Shown: positions 17,671-28,777 of the stretch, one piece after another | How the letters are laid out: each line of letters starts with the position of its first letter | Position numbering within the stretch: the first letter of the stretch is position 1 | Assembly (NCBI GenBank): GCA_030586555.1 | Contig: JAURAC010000002.1 | Coordinates: 32,001-96,000, forward strand | Length of the DNA stretch: 64,000 nt | Reading direction: 5' to 3' | Source of the DNA: Candidatus Subterrananammoxibius californiae | GTDB lineage: Bacteria; Planctomycetota; Brocadiia; Brocadiales; Subterrananammoxibiaceae | Position numbers and translations under genes: made by a program | Notes under the pieces: model-generated | Database searches by the model: none | What the model was told of the DNA's origin: nothing | The model's input: only the letters and a program-made list of their open reading frames with translations

Positions 17671-19302
17671 ATGGCTGCAAAGAAAATCGTATTCAATCAT
17701 GACGCCCTTGAGGCTATAAGGCAGGGGGTAAAGCAACTTGCAGAGGCTGTGAAGATAACACTTGGACCGAGGGGACGGAATGTCATCATCCAGAAAAGCT
17801 TTGGTTCCCCTACGGTAACAAAGGATGGCGTTACTGTTGCAAAGGAAATAGAACTTTCTGACCACCTCCAGAATATTGGCGCACAGATGGTAAAGTCCGT
17901 TGCCGCCAAGACGAGCGATGTTGCTGGCGATGGCACAACCACTGCAACCGTGCTTGCCGAAGCCATCTTTCTTGAAGGCTTAAAGAATGTAACTGCAGGG
18001 GCGGATACCATGTCCCTGAAGCGTGGGATTGACAAGGCAGTTCAGACAGTAATTGACTATGTGAAGAAGATGAGTATCCCGGTTAAAGGAAGGAAGGAGA
18101 TTGAGCAGGTTGGCACCATAGCGTCCAATTATGATTATGAGATTGGCAAGACCATTGCCGATGCCATGGAACGGGTCGGAAAAGATGGCGTTATTACGGT
18201 TGAGGAAGGAAAAAGTCTAAAGACCGAAACCAAGTGGATTGAAGGCATGCAATTCGACAAAGGCTACTCTTCTCCATACTTTATAACCAACCCAACGGAG
18301 ATGCAGGCAGTATTGGAAGACCCATATATTTTAATCCATGAAAAGAAGATAACCACCGCAAAAGGCATAATACCCATCCTCGAAAAGGTTGCACAGCAGG
18401 GCAAGCCTCTACTTATTATCTCTGAGGATGTAGAGGGGGAGGCATTAACATTACTTGTTGTTAATAAGCTTCGCGGCGCAATAAAATGCGCCGCTGTAAA
18501 GGCTCCTGGTTATGGGGACAAGCGTAAGGCAATGTTGCAGGACATAGCCATCCTCACCGGAGGCCAGGCAATATTCGAGGACCTTGGAATTGACCTTGAA
18601 AGCGTGCAACTAAAAGACCTTGGCAGGGCGAAAAAGGTCATAATTGATAAGGACACTTCAACAATAATAGAAGGGGCAGGAGATAGCAAGGCTATTCAAG
18701 GCCGAATAGAACAGATTAGAACAGAGATTCGCACCACAACGTCCGATTATGATAAGGAAAAGCTTGGGGAGCGGCTTGCAAAATTAGCTGGCGGGGTCGC
18801 CCAGATTAATGTCGGCGCCGCAACGGAAAGTGAGATGAAGGAAAAAAAGGCACGGGTAGAAGACGCCTTACATGCCACAAGGGCTGCAGTGGAGGAAGGC
18901 ATATTGCCCGGCGGCGGCGTGGCGCTTATCAGGGCAATTTCAGCCCTTGATGAGATTAAAGTAAAGGGCGATGAAGCCGTAGGGGCAGACATCGTACGCA
19001 GGGCATTAGAAGCGCCACTGCGTCAAATTGCCGATAATGCAGGGCTTTCCGGTTCCGTAGTAGTTCAGAAAGTAAAAGAATCCAATGGAAATATGGGCTA
19101 TGATGCCAGCTCAAATAAGTACTGCGATATGGTGAAGGAAGGAATCATAGACCCAACCAAGGTTGTAAGGACAGCCTTGCAAAATGCGGCAAGCGTAGCC
19201 TCTTTACTCCTTACAACGGATGCAATAGTAGGCCAGATTCCAGAGAAAAAGAAGCCCATGCCTGCCGGAATGCCTCCCGGTGGATATGGCGATATGTATT
19301 AA
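17671..19302 (+). CDS. groL: Chaperonin GroEL (no adjacent groES)
   Basis: [27 protein letters not shown]-like tail; ATG 17671 after GGAGG. Confidence 0.97.
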   Translation: MAAKKIVFNHDALEAIRQGVKQLAEAVKITLGPRGRNVIIQKSFGSPTVTKDGVTVAKEIELSDHLQNIGAQMVKSVAAKTSDVAGDGTTTATVLAEAIFLEGLKNVTAGADTMSLKRGIDKAVQTVIDYVKKMSIPVKGRKEIEQVGTIASNYDYEIGKTIADAMERVGKDGVITVEEGKSLKTETKWIEGMQFDKGYSSPYFITNPTEMQAVLEDPYILIHEKKITTAKGIIPILEKVAQQGKPLLIISEDVEGEALTLLVVNKLRGAIKCAAVKAPGYGDKRKAMLQDIAILTGGQAIFEDLGIDLESVQLKDLGRAKKVIIDKDTSTIIEGAGDSKAIQGRIEQIRTEIRTTTSDYDKEKLGERLAKLAGGVAQINVGAATESEMKEKKARVEDALHATRAAVEEGILPGGGVALIRAISALDEIKVKGDEAVGADIVRRALEAPLRQIADNAGLSGSVVVQKVKESNGNMGYDASSNKYCDMVKEGIIDPTKVVRTALQNAASVASLLLTTDAIVGQIPEKKKPMPAGMPPGGYGDMY

Positions 19303-19359
19303 TACCGTTCCAACTTTATCCCGTACCAAAATTGGTACAGGATGGATAGAAAAAGCTTG

Positions 19360-19490
19360 AAATTCTAAATCCGAATATCGAAACTCTAAACAATATCAAA
19401 ATCCGAAATTCTAAATCACAAACCCTTTGTTTCGTTTGGAATTTCGAGCTTGGAAATTAAGATTTGTTTAGGGTTTCGGATTTCGGATTT
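19360..19490. repeat. Degenerate 7-bp-periodic tract plus its inverted complement (representative)
   Basis: (aaatccg/aaattct)n followed by (atttcgg/atttaga)n; about 20 analogous tracts with other units occur in the window. Confidence 0.8.
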
Positions 19491-19506
19491 ATTGTTTTGT
19501 GCCGTT

Positions 19507-19586
19507 GACCTTGTACCTACCTACCCAATCACCTGCACTGCCTTGAGAGAGGGCAACAGGCAACTCAGGTACAGGGTCTTTTTTTT
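19507..19586 (+). terminator. Branched terminator-like structure after groEL
   Basis: gaccttgtacct (19507-19518) pairs with aggtacagggtc (19567-19578), followed by a T8 tract. Confidence 0.6.
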
Positions 19587-19675
19587 CTTTACACACGCCC
19601 TTCTTTTTATATAATAATGATGAAGTCTTAAATTCTGTGTGGTAAAATATAATTATCTAAAGGAGTAATAGGAAA

Positions 19676-20128
19676 ATGACGCTTTTTTCAATTCTACAAC
19701 CCTATAAAACGCATGCGAAAGGGGATAAAGTAGAAGGGGTTTTTGTTGAAGGGACTTTTTTGCTTAAGAAACCTACAGTATCCTTTTCCCATGAGTTGTG
19801 GATCCCACCTACTGATGTATATGAAACACCAGAGGAGTTCGTAGTCAAGATGGCAATTTCAGGAATAAAGCCCAATGACATTTCTGTAGAATTTTCTGCT
19901 GGCATTCTCACAATCTCCGGGAAAAGATTCGATAACTCTAACCACAAGAAAACGCACTTTTACCAAGTAGAAATCAGATATGGTTATTTTGAGAGGAAGA
20001 TTGTCTTACCAAAGACGATTGATGAAAACAATATTAGCGCTACATACAAAGATGGTTTCTTGTTGGTTACTATCCCAAAATCCCAGGCACCCACAAAAAA
20101 AAGTTTGTCTGTAAAGATTACGTTGTAA
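19676..20128 (+). CDS. Hsp20/alpha-crystallin small heat-shock protein
   Basis: W.PP.DVYET, LTISG.R, EI.YG.FER...LP, A.YKDG.L. Confidence 0.9.
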   Translation: MTLFSILQPYKTHAKGDKVEGVFVEGTFLLKKPTVSFSHELWIPPTDVYETPEEFVVKMAISGIKPNDISVEFSAGILTISGKRFDNSNHKKTHFYQVEIRYGYFERKIVLPKTIDENNISATYKDGFLLVTIPKSQAPTKKSLSVKITL

Positions 20129-20262
20129 AATAACAAAAAATCCATGGTTCCACGTTCCGTCAAAAGTTCTTCTCCTAACGGTTAACCGATGCGTTGCGAG
20201 CTTAAAGCTTGTCATAATGGGACTATTGAGGAACGGAACCTCCCTAAAGAGGCTATAAAATC

Positions 20263-22731
20263 ATGAAAGACAAACAAAATCAAACCCAAAAACAAGACAG
20301 TCCGGAGAGTACTACGCAGTTAGATAATTCCGCTCGTAAAGAAGAGCCAACCATTCCAGAGGAATTACCAGTCCTTGCATTGAAGGATACGGTGGTGTTC
20401 CCACAGATGGTGACCGCCCTTGGCGTTACTGCAAAGGAGGAATTAAAGCTTCTTGATAACGTCCTTGCGGGAAACCGCTTCCTTGCCCTTGCGCTCCAAA
20501 AGGATGAGAGCATAAAGAATGTTAAGCCTGACGACCTTTATCTGTACGCCACAGGTGCCATTGTTTTACAAATGCTCAGGATGCCAGATGGCACAGCAAG
20601 GATGCTGGTGCAGGGAATATCCAGGATTCACTTCGAAGAATTTACTCAGGTAGAACCATACTTAAAAGCAAAGGTTAAATCAATCGAAGATATACTGGAC
20701 AAGGATGTAGAGACAGAAGCGCTTACGAGGAACATCTCAGACCAGTTTAGCCGCATAATATCAATGACACCCAATTTACCAGAAGAACTCAAGATAGCCA
20801 TTGTCAATATAGATAACCCAGGCAGACTTGCCGATATGATAGCATCCCATTTAAATATTGGCACAGTAGAGAAACAGGAAATACTCGAGGCTATAAACGT
20901 AAAGGAAAGATTGCAGAAGGTAACTGCCCTTATAAACAAGGAAATGGAGGTGCTCGAACTTGCCACAAAGATTCAGAGTCAGGTTAAGAGTGAGATGGAA
21001 AAGGGCCAGCGTGAATATTACCTTCGCCAGCAGTTGAAGGCGATTCAAGAGGAGTTAGGAGAAGGTGACGAACGTACCATTGAGATAAAAGAATTAAAGA
21101 AAAAGATAGCCGAGGCAAAACTACCTCCAGAAGCGCAGAAGGAGGCAGAACGAGAACTGAGTCGCTTAGAAATGATGCCGCCAGCCGCCGCTGAATACAC
21201 CGTGGCACGCACATATCTTGACTGGATAGTAACCCTTCCATGGTCTATCACCACCGAAGATAACCTTGATATTAACGGAGCGCAGAAGGTACTCGATGAT
21301 GACCACTATGACCTCCAGAAGGTGAAAGAGAGGATAATAGAGTATTTAGCCGTTCGCAAGATGAAAAAGGATATGAAAGGACCAATCTTATGTTTTGTTG
21401 GTCCTCCAGGCACGGGCAAGACATCGTTGGGAAAATCCATTGCCAGGGCGCTTGGCAGGAAGTTCATCAGGATGTCCCTCGGAGGCGTGAGAGATGAAGC
21501 AGAAATCAGAGGACATCGCCGCACCTACGTAGGCGCTCTACCAGGCAGGATAATCCAGGGGCTGAGAAAAGCAGGGTCAAACAACCCTGTATTTATGCTT
21601 GATGAGGTTGATAAGCTTGGGGCAGATTTTCGTGGCGACCCCTCCGCCGCCCTGCTTGAGGTATTAGACCCCGAACAGAACTTCTCTTTCTCCGACCATT
21701 ATCTGGACGTAGCATTCGACCTCTCTAAGGTCATGTTTATCACTACTGCTAATATCCTCGACCCTATTCCGCCAGCATTAAAAGACAGGATGGAGGTGCT
21801 GGAACTCCCTGGATATAGCGACGAAGAGAAGCTTTCCATTGCAAAACAATTTTTAGTCCCTAAGCAGTTGAACGAACATGGCTTGACGAATGAACAACTA
21901 AGTTTTGATGATGAGGCTATTAAATTAATAATCAGTGATTACACGAGAGAGGCTGGTCTCAGAAACTTAGAGCGGGAAATTGCTAACGTTTGCAGAAAGA
22001 CTGCAAAGGAAATTGCTGCTGGAGAGAAAACCTCAATAAAGGCAACAGTAGAACTTATCAAAATCTTTTTGGGACCGTCAAAATTCTTCCCGGAGGTTGC
22101 GGAACGTACAACAGAGCCCGGCGTGGCGACCGGTCTGGCATGGACCCGTGTAGGAGGCGAAATCCTCTTCATAGAATCTACAACAATGGCAGGTAGTGGC
22201 AAACTAATACTTACAGGTCAACTGGGCTCCGTTATGAAAGAGTCCGCTCAGGCTGCTATGAGCTACGTCCGCACACGTGCAAAAAAACTTGGCATATCGC
22301 TCCAGGACTTTACCAAGTACGATTTTCATGTTCACGTACCGGCAGGGGCTATCCCAAAGGATGGGCCCTCGGCTGGCGTAACGATGGCAATCTCCATAAT
22401 ATCGCTCCTTAAAGAAAAACCTGTCCGCCCCGATGTTGCAATGACTGGCGAAATTACACTAAGAGGGCAGGTTTTACCAGTTGGCGGAATTAAGGAAAAG
22501 GTGCTTGCCGCAAAACGAGCAGGTATTACTACGGTAATTCTGCCCAAGAAGAATGAAAACGACCTGATAGAAGTGCCTGAAAATGTTAAGGCAAAAATGA
22601 CCTTCCATTTCGTTGATAAGGTGGATGAGATACTTCCCCTTGCCTTTAAGTTAGATGACCTCGAAGAAAAAACCCTCAAATCCGCCTCAGGCGGACTGGA
22701 AGAAGCCAAAGAATTAGTAAAGGTTGTTTGA
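20263..22731 (+). CDS. lon: ATP-dependent protease Lon
   Basis: [22 protein letters not shown] catalytic Ser, KEK. Confidence 0.97.
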   Translation: MKDKQNQTQKQDSPESTTQLDNSARKEEPTIPEELPVLALKDTVVFPQMVTALGVTAKEELKLLDNVLAGNRFLALALQKDESIKNVKPDDLYLYATGAIVLQMLRMPDGTARMLVQGISRIHFEEFTQVEPYLKAKVKSIEDILDKDVETEALTRNISDQFSRIISMTPNLPEELKIAIVNIDNPGRLADMIASHLNIGTVEKQEILEAINVKERLQKVTALINKEMEVLELATKIQSQVKSEMEKGQREYYLRQQLKAIQEELGEGDERTIEIKELKKKIAEAKLPPEAQKEAERELSRLEMMPPAAAEYTVARTYLDWIVTLPWSITTEDNLDINGAQKVLDDDHYDLQKVKERIIEYLAVRKMKKDMKGPILCFVGPPGTGKTSLGKSIARALGRKFIRMSLGGVRDEAEIRGHRRTYVGALPGRIIQGLRKAGSNNPVFMLDEVDKLGADFRGDPSAALLEVLDPEQNFSFSDHYLDVAFDLSKVMFITTANILDPIPPALKDRMEVLELPGYSDEEKLSIAKQFLVPKQLNEHGLTNEQLSFDDEAIKLIISDYTREAGLRNLEREIANVCRKTAKEIAAGEKTSIKATVELIKIFLGPSKFFPEVAERTTEPGVATGLAWTRVGGEILFIESTTMAGSGKLILTGQLGSVMKESAQAAMSYVRTRAKKLGISLQDFTKYDFHVHVPAGAIPKDGPSAGVTMAISIISLLKEKPVRPDVAMTGEITLRGQVLPVGGIKEKVLAAKRAGITTVILPKKNENDLIEVPENVKAKMTFHFVDKVDEILPLAFKLDDLEEKTLKSASGGLEEAKELVKVV

Positions 22732-22828
22732 TATTATAGCGCATAGTTTATAGCTCATATATTTATATGGCGTCCTATATTACTTTAAAATGAACAAAAA
22801 GGATTTTTTATTATAGAAGGAGGTATAA

Positions 22829-23059
22829 ATGTCAAAGCGGAGAGAAGAGATTCTTGCTAAAGCTTTAGAATTACCGCCTATGGAACGAGCGGAGTTAGTC
22901 GAGAACCTACTTTCCAGTTTTGAGTTTCCATCGCGGAAAGACACAGACGCTTTGTGGGCTCAAGAAGCTGAGAGCCGAATTGATGCATTTGAGCGGGGCG
23001 ACATAGCAGCAATTCCTGCAAAGAATGTTTTTGAAGAAATCGAGAAACAAAGAAAATAA
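22829..23059 (+). CDS. Putative addiction-module antitoxin
   Basis: ALELPP.ERAEL...L.S...W..E...R pattern. Confidence 0.8.
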   Translation: MSKRREEILAKALELPPMERAELVENLLSSFEFPSRKDTDALWAQEAESRIDAFERGDIAAIPAKNVFEEIEKQRK

Positions 23060-23363
23060 TGGAAATTGATTTTCTGGCTCCTGCTAAGGCTGAGTTCAAA
23101 GATGCTATTTCTCACTACAATTTGCAAAGTGAAGGTCTTGGCTTCGAGTTTGCAGCAGAAGTAAAGAGAACATGGAGCGGATTGTTCAATACCCCGAAGC
23201 GTGGTTTCCTCTATCGAAGCGAACCCGTCGTTGTAGAACGAACAGATTTCCTTATGGAGTCATTTATCAAGTTAGAGGTGAAACAATTCTTGTTGTAGCG
23301 ATAATGCATCTCAGTAGAGAACCCCAAACATGGAAATCACGTCTAAAAAACGAGGAACGGTAG
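23059..23363 (+). pseudogene. ParE/RelE toxin split by a frameshift near 23170
   Basis: The N half (MEIDFLAPAKAEF...GLG.EF) and the C half (YPEAW...RFPYG.IY...VAIMH..REP) are in different frames. Confidence 0.8.
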
Positions 23364-23569
23364 AAAATGAACCAAAATCGGTAGGGGTCAAACCTTTTTA
23401 TTCGACAAATCAGGAAAAGTTGTGCAATGGGAAATAAATGTCAAAATAAAAGATGCAAGCCCCATCCAGACCCTCCCTTAATATGCACGGACAAACATCC
23501 GCCTAAGGCGGATTGTCCATGCCACCCGTCAGCCTATTCCCTATTGCCTGTTCCTATTGCCTATTTTTC

Positions 23570-24094
23570 CTACTTTGCCAGCTTCTTAACTAATGCGTCG
23601 CCAAACTTGGCTGCGCTGGTGGGGCCATCTGCTGTAATTATTTGCCCGTCTTCCTGTACATCGGCGCCTGTGTAATTAACACCTTTTGCTTTTAGCTTTC
23701 CTCCCTCGGAACTCCAGACTGTTGCCTTCTTGCCTGTTAGCACGCCTGCATTGGCTAAGGTTACAGGAGCAACGCATATAGCGCCAAGTAATTTGCCATT
23801 TTTAACGCACTCTTTGGCAATTGCGTGGGCTGTGGGGTCGTTCCAATATTCCGAGGCGCCAGAGCCACCTACAAATACTACCGCATCGTAATCTTGCACC
23901 TTTATCTTGTTATATAGTACATCCGGGTTTGCCGTTGCTCCTAACATCCCCCTTGCCTTAGTTAAGGATGAAGAAGCAATAGTTACCTTTGCCCCCTTGC
24001 CTTCTAAAATTTCCTTTGGTTTTTGAAGCTCCTCATCTCGAAAGTTCTGGTTTGCAATAATCATAACCACCTTTTTTTCGTTTATTCCTGGCAT
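23570..24094 (-). CDS. DJ-1/PfpI family protein
   Basis: FRDEE, FVGG.G, AICVAP nucleophile elbow, ITADGP. Confidence 0.9.
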   Translation of the reverse strand: MPGINEKKVVMIIANQNFRDEELQKPKEILEGKGAKVTIASSSLTKARGMLGATANPDVLYNKIKVQDYDAVVFVGGSGASEYWNDPTAHAIAKECVKNGKLLGAICVAPVTLANAGVLTGKKATVWSSEGGKLKAKGVNYTGADVQEDGQIITADGPTSAAKFGDALVKKLAK

Positions 24095-24235
24095 ATATTC
24101 TTCACCTCAAATTCTAAATCCCAAAACCCAAATCCCAATATCCAATAAATGACTAATGTCCAATTGCTGAATCCAAATTGGGAATTGGGATTTTATTTGG
24201 ATTTGGGATTTGGTAATTGGAATTTTTTCTTCCCC

Positions 24236-24706
24236 CTAAACGTGTTTTCCAAACTCTGCGACGATTGGTTTAACGAGGGCTGCAAAATCCTGATAGTTCA
24301 TATTAACGGTGTCAACGTGAGTGCCTGCGTTAAACACAATTTCCCTGTCTTCGGTCAGGGATTTATCCACATATACATCTAAATTATACAGGTTGCCAAA
24401 TGGAGGCATAGCGCCAACATCACATCCAGGAAACAGGTCTTTAAATTCATCCTCTGTCGCAATCCTTGTATCGGCAGCTCCAACAATTTTTTTCATCTTC
24501 TGCATATCAATCTTCCATGTTGCGGGTAAGACCACCATCACAAATCTTTCCCCCGCCTTAACCATAACGACCTTTGCCAGTTTCTGACCGGGCACATGCA
24601 ACGCAGCCGCTATCTCCTGCGCAGTATAAGCCTCACGATGTGAAGATACCTCGTAGCGCACCTTCTTTTCATCTAAATACTCCCTGAGCTTTCTCAAGAT
24701 AGTCAT
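24236..24706 (-). CDS. YbaK/ProX-family aminoacyl-tRNA deacylase
   Basis: H...TAQE.A, AK.V, GAMPPFG, FNAGTH. Confidence 0.9.
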   Translation of the reverse strand: MTILRKLREYLDEKKVRYEVSSHREAYTAQEIAAALHVPGQKLAKVVMVKAGERFVMVVLPATWKIDMQKMKKIVGAADTRIATEDEFKDLFPGCDVGAMPPFGNLYNLDVYVDKSLTEDREIVFNAGTHVDTVNMNYQDFAALVKPIVAEFGKHV

Positions 24707-24994
24707 ATTCCTATCCCCCCATAACAGGTTACAGGTTTCAGGTAACAGGCTCCCGTTGTCTGTTACCCGTCACCTAATCAGATATTAGGTATCTATCATC
24801 TTCCCATCAAATTGCAGTAATTATACCCCAAAATATCCATTATTGCAACCTGTTAATGGAAATACAGGGATTGTAACCTCAAAAAATAAATTCGTCACTA
24901 CTGAGGACTGGTTTACTTGAAAAATTTTATTTTTGTGGTATACTTATATCAGATAAGGGACGTTTTAAGGGAATGAAAAGGTGGAAAAATTAAC

Positions 24995-25060
24995 TAATGC
25001 CGTTCCAACTGAATACAGCAGCAAATAATACATTGGGTAGAAAAAGTTGGAACGGCACTA
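24995..25060. mobile_element. Short MITE-like element with 13-bp terminal inverted repeats
   Basis: tgccgttccaact (24998-25010) / agttggaacggca (25045-25057); related ends at 19305 and 54631. Confidence 0.4.
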
Positions 25061-25109
25061 AAAAATCCGCCCAAAGGCTTATCATCTTTTGGGCGAGGAG
25101 GATCTAACC

Positions 25110-25529
25110 ATGAAGAGCTATAGCTTGATAAAGGCATTTGGCACTTTTGTAGTGCTTGTTGCAGTTGTAACTCTTCTGGGCTCAAGCGTATATGGTGAGG
25201 CACCTGCTCTTCAGATTCCTGTTATAAAGGGAACCATAACCAGTATTGATATGGAGCATAATTGCCTACTAATACAGGGAAGTGACATTCTTGGTAGTGA
25301 CCCACTTTATCTGCGTTCAGAAACATGCGTATTTATGGGTGACGAAGGTGTGAATTTTAACGACCTTCACAGAAATGGAAAGACAATTTCTGCATCTGAC
25401 AGGGTAGAATCAAGCAGTCTTAGTGTAGGCGATGAAATTTGCTGCACTTATTCCTATTGGAAAGATGGTAAACTCTTCGCCGATAGCATCGTAATTGTAG
25501 CACCTTCTACCCTTGTACCAAGCATGTAA
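25110..25529 (+). CDS. Exported hypothetical protein (OB-fold-like)
   Basis: GAGGAGG RBS, signal peptide, beta-rich G.I..ID...L.VGD.I pattern. Confidence 0.65.
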   Translation: MKSYSLIKAFGTFVVLVAVVTLLGSSVYGEAPALQIPVIKGTITSIDMEHNCLLIQGSDILGSDPLYLRSETCVFMGDEGVNFNDLHRNGKTISASDRVESSSLSVGDEICCTYSYWKDGKLFADSIVIVAPSTLVPSM

Positions 25530-25552
25530 CGTAGTATAAATGCCCAGAAGTA

Positions 25553-25599
25553 AAAGCACACTGGCATAAAATAAAATAATTGCCAGTGTGCTTTTTTTT
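25553..25599. terminator. Bidirectional rho-independent terminator
   Basis: aaaagcacactggca / tgccagtgtgctttt between convergent genes. Confidence 0.8.
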
Positions 25600-25613
25600 A
25601 GGAATTGATTCGC

Positions 25614-25847
25614 CTATCTCCTGCCCAAAAGCCAGAATATGATTGATAGAATAGCGCTTATGATTATACAGGTAACGACTGGAAAATAAAAACTAAAATT
25701 CTTTCTCTCAATGACTATATCACCAGGAAGCCTTCCAATAAACGGTATACCCGCCTTAGGCGGGCAAAAGAGAACGAAGAGACCTAAAACGATTAATAGG
25801 ATTCCAAAAAATATTAAAAGTTTTCCGAACGGACCGAAGTTTGCCAT
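25614..25847 (-). CDS. DUF2905 small membrane protein
   Basis: GRLPGDI...NF.FYFP..TC...S.ILS motif. Confidence 0.85.
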   Translation of the reverse strand: MANFGPFGKLLIFFGILLIVLGLFVLFCPPKAGIPFIGRLPGDIVIERKNFSFYFPVVTCIIISAILSIIFWLLGRR

Positions 25848-26072
25848 AATTTTAACCTTACAACAGTCCAGTTTAATTTGCAAATAAAAAACCAACCACG
25901 TATCTAATACAGGGTCAGCCCGTCTTTTTTGTTTGACAGAACACATTTTTTTGTTATGATAATATTAAGGGTATCTTATATTATACCCATTCCTACAACG
26001 TTCGTGGCACTTCTATAGGCCGCATATATGTGTGTTTGGCGGCTTTTTTAATTAGTAGAGGATAAGTAAATA

Positions 26073-27911
26073 ATGGGAAATAACATACGTAATATTGCAA
26101 TAATTGCCCATGTTGACCATGGCAAGACAACGCTCGTTGACCAGATGCTTAAACAGACCGGGGTATTCCGGGCAAATCAGCAAATTATGGAACGGGTGCT
26201 TGATTCCAACGACCAGGAGCGTGAAAGAGGCATTACCATAATAGCAAAGAATATCTCCATTAATTATAAGGGGGTAAAGATTAATATCATTGATACGCCT
26301 GGCCACGCCGATTTTGGTGGCGAGGTGGAGAGGGTCTTGAAGATGGCTGATGGCGTCCTCCTTCTTGTTGATGCCTATGAGGGACCAATGCCTCAAACCA
26401 GGTTTGTTTTACGCAAGGCGCTTGGTTACCATCTTAGACCGCTTGTAGTAATCAATAAGATTGACAGGACAGATTCTCAGCCAGAAAAGGCTCTTGATGA
26501 GATTTTTGACCTCTTCGTTGAACTTAATGCAAGCGATGAGCAGTTAGATTTCCCCGTAATATATGCAAGCGCAAAGAATGGTATAGCAAAATTATCGCTC
26601 CAGGATGACAGCAATGATATAACGCCGCTTTTAGACGCAATCCTTAAATATGTTCCTGAACCAAAGGGGGACTTGACTGCGCTACTCCAGGTGCTTGTTG
26701 CATCGCTTGATTATAATGATTTTGTAGGACGTATTGGTATCGGAAGAATATTCTCTGGGACGCTCAGGGCAAACCAGCAAGTAATGTGGATTACTCGTGA
26801 AGGCGAACATAAGCTTGCCAGAATAAATGAGGTTTATACCTTCCACGGCATGGGAAGGGAATCCGTATCTGAAGCGGTAGCGGGCGACATTGTTGCATTT
26901 ACAGGGATAGAAGACGTTGATATTGGGGATACAATATCTTCAGCTGAAAATCCGCAACAACTGTCATCAATAAGTATTGATGAGCCAACGTTATCAATGG
27001 TCTTTTCTGTTAACGATTCGCCTTTTTCTGGACAGGATGGCAGGTATGTTACAAGCAGAAACCTCCGAGAAAGGCTTTACAGGGAACTCAGGTCTAACGT
27101 TGCCCTGAGGGTAGAGGATACAGCCTCACCCGATGCGCTTCGCGTTTCAGGACGAGGATTATTACACCTGTCTGTGCTAATTGAAAATATGAGGCGTGAA
27201 GGGTACGAACTGCAGGTATCCAAGCCAAAGGTTATCTATAAAGATATTAATGGCAAAAAGGCTGAACCTGTTGAATACGTTGTCATTGATGTGCCTGATG
27301 AATACTCAGGGCAAGTAATCTCAATGATTGGAAGCAGGCGTGGGGATATGATTAGTATGGAATCGGATAAGGGTCATACCCATTTTGAATTCAAGGTTCC
27401 TTCACGTGGGCTCATCGGGTTAAGAAATCGCCTGTTAAGCGCAACCCGTGGCGAAGCCGTTATGTACCACAACTTTTATGACTACGAGCCATTCAAGGGA
27501 TTCATACCCCATAGAATACAGGGTGTGCTCGTATCCATGGCAACAGGGGAGGCAACAACCTATGCTATTGATGCGCTCAAGGACCGTGGCGTAATGTTTA
27601 TTGAACCAGGCGTCAAGGTCTATGAAGGGATGATTGCCGGCGAGCACTGCGAGGAGAACGACATCGCCGTTAATATATGCAAGAGTAGAAAGGCAACTAA
27701 CGTTCGGTCTTCTACTGCAGACAAGGGCATCAAACTTCAACCACCGAGAATATTATCCTTAGAGATGGCATTAGAGTATATAGAGGATGATGAATTAGTA
27801 GAGGTAACGCCAAAGACCTTCAGGCTAAGGAAAAAGGCTCTCAAAGAAAAGGAGCGCAGAAGAATTACCCATGAGGAAGGCGAGTATGCACAGGTTTCAG
27901 GAGCTGAGTAA
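26073..27911 (+). CDS. typA: Translational GTPase TypA/BipA
   Basis: AHVDHGKTT, DTPGHADF, NKID, LIE.MRREG, DDE.VEVTP. Confidence 0.97.
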   Translation: MGNNIRNIAIIAHVDHGKTTLVDQMLKQTGVFRANQQIMERVLDSNDQERERGITIIAKNISINYKGVKINIIDTPGHADFGGEVERVLKMADGVLLLVDAYEGPMPQTRFVLRKALGYHLRPLVVINKIDRTDSQPEKALDEIFDLFVELNASDEQLDFPVIYASAKNGIAKLSLQDDSNDITPLLDAILKYVPEPKGDLTALLQVLVASLDYNDFVGRIGIGRIFSGTLRANQQVMWITREGEHKLARINEVYTFHGMGRESVSEAVAGDIVAFTGIEDVDIGDTISSAENPQQLSSISIDEPTLSMVFSVNDSPFSGQDGRYVTSRNLRERLYRELRSNVALRVEDTASPDALRVSGRGLLHLSVLIENMRREGYELQVSKPKVIYKDINGKKAEPVEYVVIDVPDEYSGQVISMIGSRRGDMISMESDKGHTHFEFKVPSRGLIGLRNRLLSATRGEAVMYHNFYDYEPFKGFIPHRIQGVLVSMATGEATTYAIDALKDRGVMFIEPGVKVYEGMIAGEHCEENDIAVNICKSRKATNVRSSTADKGIKLQPPRILSLEMALEYIEDDELVEVTPKTFRLRKKALKEKERRRITHEEGEYAQVSGAE

Positions 27912-28653
27912 TTTGAACGACAGGAAAATACAATGGGTGGCATGGACCACGTCATGCCGACATGGCATGGCAAACTTGTTTGTCCGTGCCACTGTTTTAC
28001 CAATACTTACACTATCACTGATAGGCGGCTTGAACCACGGCTGCAGTAAACCATCACAAGAGCCTGTAGGGGCAGGTTTAAAACCTGCCCCTACCTCCGT
28101 AACGCAGGACTCCGATAACGATGCAGCCAAACATTTCAATACGGGTATTGAAAGCGCAAAAAAGGGAAACCTTGACGAAGCAATAACATCGTGGAAGAAG
28201 GCGATTGAAATAGACCCAAAATTTATAAAGGCTCATAATTACCTTGCCCGTTCATACTACACAAAGGAAAGGTTTGACGATGCGCTAAGTGAATATAAAA
28301 CGGTAACAGAACTTGACCCTGCCGATGCAATGGCACAGGCAAGCATTGGATTTGTCTACAGGATGAAGGAAATGTATGACGATGCCATTGCCGCCTGCAA
28401 TAAAGCGCTACAGACTGACCCTCGACTTGCTGCCGCATATAATTGCATTGGGCTATCATACACTCAAAAGAAGATGTACGCAGAGGCTGTTAACGCATTT
28501 AAAAGTGCATTAGAGATTAATCCTAATTATGCCGATGCCCTTTTTGGACTCGGAGTTGCCTATAATGGTGAAGGGAAGACTGAAGAGTCAAAGCAGGCGT
28601 TTGAAACCTTTGATAAAATAAAAGATAAAACATCTGCAAAACCAGCGCATTAA
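27871..28653 (+). CDS. TPR-repeat (lipo)protein; true start probably downstream of the typA stop
   Basis: About five TPR motifs (A.A..NL, A..ID/NP); hydrophobic segment and HGC lipobox-like site. Confidence 0.8.
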   Translation: MRKASMHRFQELSNLNDRKIQWVAWTTSCRHGMANLFVRATVLPILTLSLIGGLNHGCSKPSQEPVGAGLKPAPTSVTQDSDNDAAKHFNTGIESAKKGNLDEAITSWKKAIEIDPKFIKAHNYLARSYYTKERFDDALSEYKTVTELDPADAMAQASIGFVYRMKEMYDDAIAACNKALQTDPRLAAAYNCIGLSYTQKKMYAEAVNAFKSALEINPNYADALFGLGVAYNGEGKTEESKQAFETFDKIKDKTSAKPAH

Positions 28654-28777
28654 ATAATGACCAATTCCCAATTGTCAATGTCAAATAAATTTCCAATTAC
28701 CAAATTTTTGGGATTTGGAATTTGGGAATTTATTTGGATTTGGGATTTGGTCATTGGGATTTAATAGGGACAAGGGC

